A DNA stretch of 64,000 nucleotides from Scyliorhinus canicula (Eukaryota). A program made the position numbers and the translations under genes. Shown here piece by piece: positions 37,614 to 49,515 of this stretch. Location: positions 1 to 64,000 of the forward strand of contig NW_024055480.1 in assembly GCF_902713615.1 (NCBI RefSeq). The letters run 5' to 3'. Below the pieces are notes generated by a model. The model did not search any database. It worked only from the letters and a program-made list of their open reading frames with translations, and was not told the DNA's origin. Each line of letters starts with the position of its first letter. Within the stretch, counting starts at the first letter, position 1.

Positions 37614-40187
37614 TCATGAAGCATCGGTTAATCTAAAGCAACTGCTGAAAATGACGAAGGGAAAAATGAGCAACTTCTTCAGCTCATTTCGGAACTTGGT
37701 CTGGGCTACTGCATAGATGAAGGTGTTGTTGCAGGAACTGAGTAACTGAAGCATGTTGGACGTTTCTTGAAATATGAAGTGTGGGACATTGAAATTCAGA
37801 CCGGTGAAGTAGGCCTCACCTGTAACACGAACATATAGGAAATGTCCAACATATGTGACCCAGAGGAGGAGGAAGCTGAGCGAGATGGAGAAGAGCAGGA
37901 CAATCGACTTCTTGCGGTTGGCTATCTCTGGATCTCCGTCACTCTCTGAGCCCTTCAGCCTCCTGCGGGCTCTGCTGGCCTCTACAATGTGCCTTACAGT
38001 CAGGGCGTTGAGCATCAGAATAAAGAAGAACGGAAGAAAAGGGGTTAATATGTGGTCGAGCCAGTCTAAAGCTTGCCACGATGGAATCGTGTAATAGCTG
38101 GACTTAATTTCACAGAACCAGGGAATCTCGTCCAATATGTACAAGGGCTGGTAGGTGAAGTACAAAGGGATGTTCTTGGCGTAGCTCAAGGTAATGACCA
38201 TTCCTATGACCAGCAGTGCCGTTTTCTCGGTGCAGTATCGGCTCTTCAGTCTCTGACAGCAGATGGATACAAAACGGTCGAAGGTGAAGGCCACGGTCAG
38301 CCATACTGAACCATCACGGGTCGCATAAACGAGCACGGTGCTGACAGCGCATCCGGGGGTGATCGATAGGATGCTGTATCTAAAGTAAATGCCACCAATC
38401 CGGTTGAGGATAACAGCGGTGACCATGACAAGGAAATCAGTCACTGCTATCGCTACCAGGTAGTAGGTGATACACCGAGAGAGTCCGCACCGTCCTCGGG
38501 ATAGGATGATGATCGCCATCAAGTTGGCTGTAATAGAGAAAAGGGAGAGCCGTCACTGAGCAGACTCCAAAAACCAGCGACTCCCTGATCCATTCTGCTG
38601 CTGAATCCCTCCTGACCTGTCCATTTCGCACCTCCACATTTCAATTATTCCAAAACCATTACTACTTGATGCAAATCCAATGCTGGATTAAACGTTTGTC
38701 AATTCATCAAATATCACAATCAGTCCCTGCAACAAACTCTGCTCTCTGGCCACTGGGTCGATTCCCGTGGCTGGCCATCCTCTAAAGTTAGAGACCATTT
38801 ACAATATTCAAGTCTTGTTTGACGGTGGGATGAACTTCCAAACGCCCACATTCCCAAACCCGTCGGTCATAAGCACCGACACTGCATACTTCGACATTTC
38901 TCCACAGCCTATGGTATCGCCGGTCTGAAAGTCTGCCTTAGCTTAAGAGCTACTCAAACCCTTATTTACCACTTTCATATGTCTACCCTTCCAATTTGCA
39001 TCGCCAGTGAACTCAACTGAAAGGGGCGGTACGGTAGAATAGTGGTTAGCACAGTTGCTTCACAGCTCCAGGGTCTGAGGTTCCATTCCCGGCTTGGGTC
39101 ACTGTCTGTGCAGCGTCTTCACATCTCCCCGTGTCTGCCCGGGTCTCCTCCGGGTGCTCCGGTTTCCTCCTACATTCCAAAGATGTGCAGGTTAAGTGGA
39201 TTGGCCATGCGAAATTTCCCTTACGTGTCCAGGAAGGTTGGGTGGTGTTACTGGGTTATGGGGATACGGTGGAGGTGTGGGCTTGGGTGGGGTGCTCTTT
39301 CCAAGGGCCGGTGCAGACTCGATGGGCCGAGTGGCCTCCTTGTGCACTGTAAATGCTATGATTCAATGATCCAAAACTGTTGTTCCTAATGAATAACTCA
39401 TACCACATCCCGTTCAGCCATTGTAAATGTACTGCCTTCGATCACAGCGCCAGGGCCCTGGGTTCAATTCTGACCTTGGGTTACTGTCTGTGGAGTTTTT
39501 ACTTTCTCACTGTGTCTGTGTGGTTTCCTCTGGGTGCCTCTCACAGCCCAACGATGTGCAGTTTAGCTGGATTGGCTATTCTAAATTGCCCCTCAGTGTC
39601 TAAAGCAGATGTGTAGGTTAGGTGAGGCTAAGGGGTTATTGGGAAAGCGCAGGGGACTGAGCCAGTGCGCAGTACTCTTTTCAGAGTTTGGTACATGTTC
39701 GAATCGCCTCCATTTGAACTGATTCTATGATTGCCTAACAAAGCCTATATTTCAGCATTCTCTTGATTGTTTCACTTACCTCATGCGGCTTATTAGACTA
39801 GTCCCTCCCCATTCCTGTGCCATCCTGCAGCTCAATAACGATTTGTAGCAAATGTGTTGCACTGTTTAACAATATAACGTCCGCACAATGCTAAACATTA
39901 TAACTCATATTTCTGCAGTCTAATAAATAATTGTTCTATCAGTGTGAAGGGCAATTTATTGACCATTTATTGTCCTGCCCTGTAATACAAAATTAAGTAA
40001 TGCACTCTAATATATCGTAATGCAATAAACTTTTCAGCACGATCCTTAAAGGGAAGAGATAAGAATTCTGGAGATTCAGAAGAAAAATAAATATTGCAGT
40101 TGAGATTCCGCTCTTACCTGGGACACCAATAATAGCGAGTGCCGGGTAATAAATGGCAGAAAATGGTCCATTCGCTGGTCCATGCAT
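37614..40187 (-). CDS. Class A GPCR, GPR139/GPR142-like, two coding exons (40187-40118 and 38527-37614; 327 aa)
   Basis: Exon 1 MHGPANGPFSAIYYPALAIIGVP G|gtaag joins in phase to acceptor ttacag|CC AAC TTG. Seven hydrophobic segments, AFTFDRF motif, YLVAIAVTDFL TM2, SSCNNTFIYA TM7. AATAAA on minus at 37508-37513. Confidence 0.85.
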
Positions 40188-41266
40188 CGCCTTTCAGGAA
40201 CCAATTGAATTCTGCAAGGTGAACATACTAGGTCTGCAAGACTTCCAAAGGGTCCCTCATTTATACCAGTGAGAGTCTCCAGAGGGGCAATTAAATTCCA
40301 ACATGTACTTTAGTTACAGATCGGTGAATAAACAAATTAAGAGACGAGTACATGCCTTTCATTTGTTCCCTGGGGTGAACTGCTGACTGCAACTTTTGCG
40401 GTCCCTCCCAGCCCCAAGATAATTCTCTGTGCCTCCATCAATCAAAACACCTCTTGTTAACTCTGAGCTGAAGTCTGATCTCTGATAAAAATCTGTCTCT
40501 TTCAATATCTGACATATTGTGCTTTTAGTTGACGGATACGTTGACGTGGTTTGCGTATTTGTAAGTGTTCTGGTGTTTAGTGCTGTATTGATACACAAAT
40601 ATTGAAATATATTTGCGAGGAAAGAACTTGAAATAACTAATCGCAAACATGGGAGGACGTATGAGGTCGAACCGATCGCAGGCAAATGCTGCACCGTGTG
40701 CACACAGCAGACCCCTTTGTTTATCCTCGGAAACCATACATACTGTAAGTGCCTTCAGATGTTCCAGTATGAATTTTAAGTTTCTAGTGAAGAAACAATT
40801 GATACCTGGCTGGTGGAATATCAATTCCGATAACATTGGAGCAAGTAATTACCGAGACATGACTCATAAGCAATAGCAACAAGTGCAGTGAAAATGGAGG
40901 CACGATCCATAAAATCTAGAAATGAACATTTTTCGGACAGTGGGCTTGCAGGCAAAATTACTGAATATATATAAGAAGGAAATAGAACACTAAAGGTGTC
41001 AAACCGTGTGGAAAATGTGCTGGGGTATAGTTTTGGTAGAGAACCCATTGTGAACACGTTGGATGGAGGAAACGGCTCGAAGGGCCTAATGGCCTTCTCC
41101 TACTACTATCTAAAATGTTTTTATATTTCGATGATGCACGGTGCTGTGTGGTATTACCTGAGATTGCACCTTGTAAACTACAGAGGCATTGTCTAGCTTA
41201 GTGTATCATTTCATTATAATATGAAAGCAAATTACTGCGGATGCTGCAATCTGAAACACAAGAGAT

Positions 41267-41428
41267 AATGCTGGAAAATCTCAGCAGGTCTGGCAGCATC
41301 TATCGGGAGAGAAAAGAGCTAACGTTTCGAGTCGAATGACTCTTTGTCAAAGCAGTCGTTCGACTCGAAACGTTAGCTCTTTTCTCTCCCTACAGATGAT
41401 GTCAGACCTGCTGAGATTTTCCAGCATT
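41267..41428. repeat. Hairpin/palindromic repeat (75-bp arms, 12-bp loop), MITE- or Penelope-like
   Basis: 41267-41341 is the near-perfect reverse complement of 41354-41428. Confidence 0.85.
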
Positions 41429-42109
41429 TTCTCTTTTATTTCATTATAGTAGGTGCAGTATCAGTTACTGCTGTAACACACCATGCCACTGCTCATATCG
41501 CACTTGATTTGGCCACTGTTTATACTACACTGTGTTACGTTATCAATACTCCACGAGGGAGGCATGGTGGTGACAAGATCTAATGCAATATAAAAATACA
41601 TATGGTCTCGTGGACTTTATTTTTAATTTTTCAAATCAAGTGGTAATTTAGCATGGCCAATTCACCTATCCTGCACATGTAATGAAAATGAAATGAAAAT
41701 CGCTTATTGTCACGAGTAGGCTTCAATGAAGTTACTGTGAAAAGCCCCTAGTGGCCACATTCCGGCGCCTGTTCAGGGAGGCTGGTACGGGAATCGAACC
41801 GTGCTGCTTGGTAAGCCAGCGATTTAGCCGAGTGAGCTAAACCAGCCCCTGTTTGGGTTGGGGTGAGATCCACGCAGACACGCGGAGAATGTGCAAACTC
41901 TATACAGCAGTGGCCCCGGCGGTTCGAACCCAGGTCCTCAGCGCCGTGCGGTAGCAGTGCTAACCACTGCCCCAGCATGTCGCCCTCGTGGAGTATCAAT
42001 AACAACTGTCCCACCGGACCCCCAGGTCTCGCTGCATTTCCCAGTTTCCTAAACTGCCATCATTCAGAGAATAATCTGCCTTCTTGTCTTTGCCACCAAG
42101 GAGGGTAAC

Positions 42110-42795
42110 CTCACATGTACAGTCGTTGGAGATTGGCATGCAGGTACAGCAGGCGACGAGGAAAGCCTATGATATGCTGGCCTTCAGATAGAGAAGGTTT
42201 GAGCACAGGAGATGGGATTGCTTTCAACAGTTATATGGAGCCTTGGTGAGGCCGCACCTTGAGTATTGTGTGTAGTTTTAGTTTGAGGAAGGACATTCTT
42301 GCTTTTGAGCATGTCCAACGAAAGTTCACCAGACTAATTTCCGGGATGGCAGGCCTGACATATGAAGAAATACTGGATCGGCTGGGTTTGCACTCACTGG
42401 AGTTGAGAAGAATGAGAGGGGATCTGATAGAAACATATACAATCCTGATGGGACTGCACGGGCCAGATGCGGGACGAATGTTCCCGATGTTGGGACTAGG
42501 GGGTCACAGCCCAAGTATAAAGAATGAGCCATTCAGCACTGAGATGAGGCAGAACTTCTTCTCTTAGAGAGTTGTCAACTTGTGGAATTCTCGACCACAG
42601 AAAGCCGTGGGGGCCAGTTCGTTGGATATATTCAAGAGGGAGCTGGACGTGGCCCTTGCGGCTAAAGGGAGCGAGGGGAATGGAGAGAAAGTGGGAGTGT
42701 GAGATGGAATTTGCATTATCAGCCATGAACATTTGAATGGTGGTGCAGGCTCGAAGAACCGAATGGTCTACGCCTGTTTTTCTATGTTTCTATGT
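42110..42795 (+). mobile_element. CR1-like LINE 3' fragment
   Basis: VQRKFTRLISGM...LELRRMRGDLIETY motif; CR1 3' end. Confidence 0.8.
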
Positions 42796-44047
42796 TGATA
42801 TGTATCAGTGACCGAACACATGCAGATATGAAGTTGAAGAGATTTAAACACAGGTTTGTGAGAAAATGGAACCTGTTGCCACATGGAGCTTGGAGCAGAG
42901 AGTATTGATACATTTATGGGCAGACTTGGAAATACTGGAAAGAGAACAGTCTAGACGGACACAGGGAGCTGGATGGAAATGGTCAGTTAGATGTCGGGCG
43001 GGAGGGGACAGTCTGGTCTGGAGTATATGCGCAGACACAATTTAGTTGGGCCGAATGGTCTATTCCTCTCCCCCAATTTCTATACTATGTAAACCACAGA
43101 GAATACTGCGTGCAGACAACCACGGAGAGAATCAGTCATGGGCGGAAAGAATTGAAAATGTCAGAGAGCCGGAAGAGGCAGTTCCCAGTGAGTAACAGTA
43201 AAACCCACTGCGGAAACTGAGCAGACTGAACCCAACCGACAACTCAGAGACTTTGGGACAAGTTCCCACGATTACAAGAAACACAAACAGCAAGGTTAAA
43301 TACATAAATTTAAAGAGAAACGGAGAAAAAAATTAATGAAAGAAGAAAATGGTCAAATCGTAGAAAATGCAATCAGAAACTCTGGGAAATGTTAAACCAC
43401 AGTCAGTGATTGACCTTTCAACACCGTGTCCAACATCAGTTGGGCCCCATTGTTGCTGTTGATTCGCAATGAATAATGTTGGAGCTTGCTGTGCCTGGTG
43501 ATAAAATCCAGTTGGGTTACTCTCCTCACAATTATTTTAGGAACAGATTGGCTCACGGATGAAAAGATGTTCCCTTGGGTTTGTCTCTCAGCAAGGAAAA
43601 ACGGAGCTGAATAGTCACATAATCGTGGGCACCACGGTAGCATGGTGGTTAGCATAAATGCTTCACAGCTCCAGGGTCCCACGTTCGATTCCCGGCTGGG
43701 TCACTGTCTGTGCGGAGTCTGCACGTCCTCCCCGTGGGTTTCCTCCGGGTGCTCCGGTTTCCTCCCACAGTCCAAAGATGTGCGGGTTAGGTGGATTCTC
43801 CATGCTAAATCAGCTCCCACCACCCATTCTGACAGTGCATTTCAGATCGTTAGAGTTTACTGGGTGGAATAAAACATCACCTCACCAACATCCCCATTGG
43901 TTTGCATTGTATCAATTGTATTGTAACAGTGAATACAATTAAAATGCAATTAAAGTGATAACATTGCCACAAAAACTGAGCAATTCACGCGATTGGCAAA
44001 TACTCCAGGTTAATCAGTGGTTAAACCATTTTCTTAATCCATGGTCA

Positions 44048-44696
44048 GGTTTCTGTACAGCTCTCTCCGTGCTCTGTATCACTGTGTGTGTAATCCTCAC
44101 CATGGTCAGGTTTCTGTACAGCTCTCTCCGTGCTCTGTATCACTGTGTGTGATCCTCACCATGTTCAGGTTTCTGTACAGCATCCTCCGTGCTCTGTATC
44201 ACTGTGTGTGTGAGATCCTCACCACGTCCAGGTTTCTGTACAGCTGTCTCCGTGCTCTGTATCACTGTGTCTGTAATCCTCACCATGTTCAGGTTTTTGT
44301 ACAGCTCTCTCCGTGCTCTATATCACTGTGAGTGTAATCCTCACCGTGTTCAGGTTTCTGTACAGCTCTCTCCGTGCTCTGTATCACTGTGTGTGTAATC
44401 CTCACCATGTTCAGGTTTCTGTACAGCTCTCTCCGTGCTCTGTATCACTGTGTGTGTAATCCTCACCATGTTCAGGTTTCTGTACAGCTCTCTCCGTGCT
44501 CTGTATCACTGTGTGTGTAATCCTCACCATGGTCAGGTTTTTGTACAGCTGTCTCCGTGCTCTGTATCACTGTGTGTGTAATCCTCACCATGGTCAGGTT
44601 TCTGTACAGCTCTCTCCGTGCTCTGTATCACTGTGTGTGTAATCCTCACCATGGTCAGGTTTTTGTACAGCTGTCTCCGTGCTCTGTATCACTGTG
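44048..44696 (-). repeat. Tandem array of 11 complete 23-bp-spacer recombination signal sequences (about 61-bp unit)
   Basis: Each unit on minus reads CACAGTG + 23 nt + ACA(A/G)AAACC + about 22-nt linker. Nonamer starts (plus coordinates): 44048, 44109, 44168, 44231, 44292, 44353, 44414, 44475, 44536, 44597, 44658. Confidence 0.97.
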
Positions 44697-45002
44697 CTGT
44701 GTGCCGGCTCAGTGCAGCGTAGTACACAGCAGAGTCGCTCGGTTGAAGTTTGGAGATCTTTAAACGGCTGATTTCCTTGGAAGTGTCGATAGAAGCAGAA
44801 ATTCTCCCACCGGCAGCGTTTTCTTTATTCTCCTGTCCTGAAGTGTGTCTCTTAAGCAGGAATTCCGGAGCCTGTCCTGGGGACTGACGGTACCAGCGTA
44901 CTGTGTACTGACACAACCCTGAATATTCCCAATTTAAAGTAACTGTGTCACCGGCAGCAGAGTTTTGGATAGGCGGGTTCTTGGACACCAAGGAACTGGA
45001 AT
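44697..45002 (-). pseudogene. TRDV: Leaderless supporting TCR-delta V exon of a NAR-TCR cassette; open frame but both canonical Cys lost
   Basis: Acceptor ttttttcatccgccag|AT is phase 1 and matches the upstream J donor. VTLNWEYSGLCQYTVRWYRQSPGQAPEF...DSAVYYAALSR; CDR1 Cys (GLCQY) typical of NAR-TCR supporting V; no leader exon; followed by a 23-RSS. Confidence 0.85.
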
Positions 45003-46999
45003 CTGGCGGATGAAAAAAACGTCATTTGTTTTGTTCGGGAAGCCATTATTTGTTAATCACGTGAATAGCTCAGTTGTTTATGGTATTGTTTTTATTTTAA
45101 TTCTGCTTGAACTGTATTAACTTTTATGTCAATATGAACCAGTGAGGAATGAGTGGTTATTATCTTTCCCGCCACAAGCTCGAAAGTTCCGCAATGCACA
45201 CTCGATATATGTGGTGGGAACTGATTCCACAAAGACTTATAAACGGGCAATGACCGGGATAGGAAAATGCTGAGTTATAGGAAAATTAAATGGTTCATGG
45301 GAAGAAGTGTATTTCATTGACAAAGGGCAGCATCTGCCCGTGGGGCCTAATGCGATCCTTACTTCTGCATGTTTCTACCATGGGTGTGACATTTCTGCTC
45401 CTATTTTCCTTGCTGAGGAACAGACGCGAGGGAACATTTTCACATCAGTGAGACAATCTGTTTCCTGATATAATTGGCCGAGTTTAACCGAACTGCATTC
45501 ATCACTTAGCACAGCAAGATCCAACAGAAAATGCTTGCGATTCATTGGCTATGGATACAAACCGACGTTGGACATCCGTAGTTAGATGTCAATCACTGAC
45601 TGCAGTTTAACATTTCCCGGAGTTTCTGACTGCCTTTTACTCTGTCTATTTTCTTGAATCAATAATATTTTTCTCCGTTTCTCTTTAAATGGAATCATTT
45701 ACTGTTAGTTTCATTTTATTTCTACATTTACTTTGCGCTGTTTGTGCTTTTCGTGATCGTGGGAACTTGTCCCAAAGTCTCTCAGTTGTCGGTTGGGTTC
45801 AGTCTTTACAGTTTCCGCAGTGGGTTTCACTGTTACTCACTGGAAACTGCCTCTTCCGGCTCTCTGACAATTACAATTCTTTCAGTTTATTAACTGATTC
45901 TATCTCGGGTTCTCTGAGCGAACTTTTCTGTAAGTTTTATATTGTGTATAAAATAGAGGAATAAACGATTTGGCCCAACTGATTTATGTCTGTGCATACT
46001 CCAGGTCAGCCTAACCCGCCCGAAATCGAGTTGGCCATTTCCATCCAGCACCTTTTTTCGCTCCATTCTGTTTCCCCTCCTTTATTTTCCAGCCAACCCA
46101 TTTCTGAACCAATTGCCTTTGCTCCAACCACTCAATGTGGCAGCGATTGGTATACCCTGATGTCTCTGTGTAGAAATATCTGTTTCCAATTTGTGTCTGT
46201 TTTCTGTTAATGACTATTACATGTTCACCGTCCCTTTCTCTGGAAAAACGCACAAATCGCCATTCAGATTTATGTTTATAATTTAATTCACCTATAAATC
46301 CTCCTCGTGGGCAGCACGGTGGCGCAGTGGGTTAGCCCCGTTGCCTCACGGCGCCGAGGTCCCAGGTTCGATCCCGGCTCTGGGTCACTGTCCGTGTGGA
46401 GTTTGCACATTCTCCCCGTGTTTGCGTGAGTTTCACCCCCACAACCCAAAGACGTGCAAGGTAGGTAAATCGAACACACTAAATTGCCCCTTAATTGGAA
46501 AAAAATAAAAATGAATTGGGTACTCTAAATTTATTTATTTTTTAAATTCTCCATCCCTCGGTGAAAGTGGACCCAACATGTTGAACCTTTCCAGAGAGAT
46601 TTGCATTGCAGCTGATTTCCGTCCTCAGAACCGCAAGATTCAAAAGACAATTTCTAACGGATAGAAGTAATACCGACGAGACCACCTTTCAAAGTTGACC
46701 CGCCATTCATTTATCTGGTCGCTGATCCCTTACCTCAACAACCAGCCCCCCCCCCCCCCCCAATGTCGCCATAACCTTTGATACTTTTATATCTAACAAT
46801 CTATTCAACACTTCTGTGAATAAACTAACATCTGAGAATCCAGAACTCTTTGAGGAACAGAAATCAAAGATTCACATGAATTGGTTAACTAAAGAAATGT
46901 ATCCTCTTCTTAACTCTACTGCCGAAACACATATTCTGAAACTGGGATCCCAAGTGAGAACCTAGCCAGCGTGGATACACTTACCCAGTATCTGGTCTG

Positions 47000-47800
47000 C
47001 CAAGCCCTTTGAACATATGGTATGTTCTGATGAAGTTACATCTCAGGGCTCTACATTACATGGTCTAAATAACTCAATTTCAACTCACAGTAATTTACCT
47101 CAGGAATATTTGTTAAATTTCTTCCCAAGCATGGAGATAATTTCTGAACTGAGGTGACTGAACCCTGTGCAGCATTCCAGACCATAGTCCCAGCACTGAT
47201 CTCTGCTGAACACCACCAGTAGTCACAGCACTCCATTCAGCAAATAACCCTTCCATTACTACTCTCTGCCTTCTATGACATAGCCAGTTCTGTATCCTTC
47301 TTGCAAGCTCACATCTGATCCCGTATGACTTCACATTTTGTACCAGTCTGCCACGAGGGACCTTGTCAAAGGCCTTACTGAAGTCCATATAGACAACATC
47401 CACTGCCCTATCTGCAGCAACCACCATTGTGACCTCCTTGAAAAACTCTATTAAGTTAGTGAGACACGACCTCCCCTTCACAAAACCATGCTGCCTTTCA
47501 CTCATACGTCTACTTGCTTCCAAATGGGAGTAGATCGTGTCTCGAAGAATTCTCTCCACTAATTTCCCTATCACTGATGTAAGGCTCACTGGCTTGTAGT
47601 TCCCTGGACTATCCTTGCTCCCTTCTTAAACAATAGAACAACATAGGCTATTCTCCAGTCCTCTGGAACATACCTGAAGACAGTGAGGATCCAAAGATTT
47701 CTATCAAGGCCTCAGCAATTTCCTCGCTAGCCTTCTTCAGTATTCTGGGGTAGATCCCATCAGGCCCTGGGGACTTTTCCACCTTAATATTTTTCATGAC
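47000..47800 (-). mobile_element. CR1-like LINE RT fragment
   Basis: SLTSVIGKLVE...QHGFVKGRSCLTNL...[10 protein letters not shown] motifs. Confidence 0.85.
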
Positions 47801-48709
47801 GATAATCCTCAACTCTACTATCCCACCTTATACCCCTAACGCTCGACGCCCTCACTGAATACATGTCTGTCTCTTTCAGCCTTGAACATGCTTAGTGACA
47901 ATATTTCACAGTTTCACGGCCGTCTGAGTGAACAAATTCCTCCTAGTCTCTGTTTTACATGGGGCCCCTTGACTCAGAGATTATGCCCTCTGCTTCGAGA
48001 CACTCCCACAAAAGGAAATCATCTCAGGATCCAGCCTGTGAAAACCCCAGATTATCCTATCTGTCTCAATAAGGTCAAGTCTCTTTCTTCGAATCTCCTT
48101 TATAGAAATTACCTCCGAAGACGGGGCCAACCTCGTGAATTTTCTCCGGACTGTTTCAAATGTCGGTACATGTGTTTCCTCAAATGTTGCGTTTCTTCAC
48201 ATGGTGCATCAATCACATTGCGCAGTTCGGTGAACGAACGGCTGCCGTGGAGAGAGCTCTAAGAGCCGATGTGGTGACCCAATGGACAGACACAGACCCC
48301 CCCTCACAGACCGACTCCGACAGCGGAGTCCGGACCGTCGACAATCTGCTTTCATTAAAAACAGTTCGGAATGAGAGCCTGTGATGTTGAGCATGGACAT
48401 GATGTGCCATTAAACTAGTAATGGTCCACATACTGTCAACACCCACCAACACCACCACCCAACCCCAATTACCACTACCCCTATCCCTCTGGCCTCCTGC
48501 TCCATATACAGTTTCCACAGGAAAGACCTGGGCCCAACTCCAGAATCATATTCTGCTCTGAAATCAACATTTGCCGCCAAGAATATTACTTAGAAAGCAG
48601 ATCAGCTCCAGTTTCAATCGGTTTTAAGGAATACGGATCATAATAATAAACTGAGGGCTTAACATTCACGGACACGCTCTGTAAAATACCGGGGTTTGGA
48701 GCCACTTAC

Positions 48710-48768
48710 CGGCTGTGACAGTCACCACCGTCCCGGATCCATCTGCAGAAGCATCATACCAGTTATTA
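48710..48768 (-). CDS. NAR-TCR J segment
   Basis: NNWYDASADGSGTVVTVTA G|gtaagt; preceded by GGTTATTGT-23-CACTGTG on minus (plus 48769-48807). Confidence 0.9.
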
Positions 48769-48807
48769 CACAGTGACGCGGTTCTCAGACTCCCCGGTAC
48801 AATAACC
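48769..48807 (+). promoter_or_regulatory. 23-RSS of the J segment
   Basis: Plus strand CACAGTG (48769-75), 23-nt spacer, ACAATAACC (48799-807). Confidence 0.92.
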
Positions 48808-49148
48808 ACCGACACCTCAACCAGCAGGAAAATGATCACCAATCATTCGAAGCTGCCCAATTATTCGGGGGGTTGAAATACATAAACAACATCCAATGTT
48901 TCAAAGACTCTGTTGATTTAAACCGTTCTCTGTGAGGCCCTGAGCTATGACTAAATGTCTGGAGGCAGGAAATATTCGCTTCATATAAACCGACGAAAAT
49001 GATAAAGAAAGATGGAAATGGTGGAAATGACAATGAAACGTAACCAGGTTACAGCCATGATAACATCATCCCGATAATTCGCCACCAGGCCGGGCGAATT
49101 GTTACTTGCTTTGTGCGGAGGAAAGTTGTCCCGGTCTCTGTCACTGTG

Positions 49149-49164
49149 AATATCCCAATCCAAG
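49149..49164 (-). CDS. NAR-TCR D segment (CTTGGATTGGGATATT) flanked by 12/12 RSS
   Basis: 5' RSS GGATTTTAT-12-TACTGTG (49165-49192); 3' RSS CACAGTG-12-ACAACTTTC (49121-49148, weak nonamer); G-rich core. Confidence 0.82.
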
Positions 49165-49515
49165 CACAGTATGGCAAGTCAATATAAAATCCCCGGCTAT
49201 ATGGTGAACGTGGGGACATAACTTCAACAGTGGGGACTGCGGTTCCCAGTTCCCTCTGTTGGACCAGGATCCGGCTTGTCTGAGGGTTCGTCACTGAGAT
49301 CAGTTATTCCCAATCTCCATTCACTGACACTAATTTCTGGGAAAGTATCAACATCCGCACAAACTCGGCGTTTATAAAACTCAAGATGTTAAAGGGAATG
49401 ATCCAGTCTCATTATAAACCAGAGCATGGGGCAGACATTGGGAGGCGGAACTGTGGGGGTTTCAGGGCAGATTAACTCCGCTTTTACATTTGTTTCTGTG
49501 ATAATCCGCACTGAG

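Larger units (their letters stand above)
42960..46050. repeat. Inverted repeat pair (about 42960-43350 and about 45660-46050) enclosing the delta V and RSS array
   Basis: Core 43160-43272 vs 45756-45868: 6 mismatches in 113 nt by manual alignment; flanks more diverged. Confidence 0.85.

Noticed and set aside
44048-44696. CRISPR-like regular repeat
   Set aside because: Eukaryotic context, no unique spacers, no cas genes; the units are RSSs.
43955-44763. Plus-strand repetitive ORFs (MVRFLYSSLRALYHC...)
   Set aside because: Antisense read-through of the RSS array; the DNA motif (heptamer-23-nonamer) explains the sequence.
46599-46606. Isolated octamer motifs (46599; also 38669 and 42709)
   Set aside because: Single 8-mers without supporting motifs, one inside a CR1 tail; expected by chance in 64 kb.
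49193-49515. Additional D segments between NAR V and the identified D
   Set aside because: No further heptamer/nonamer pairs found on reading both strands.
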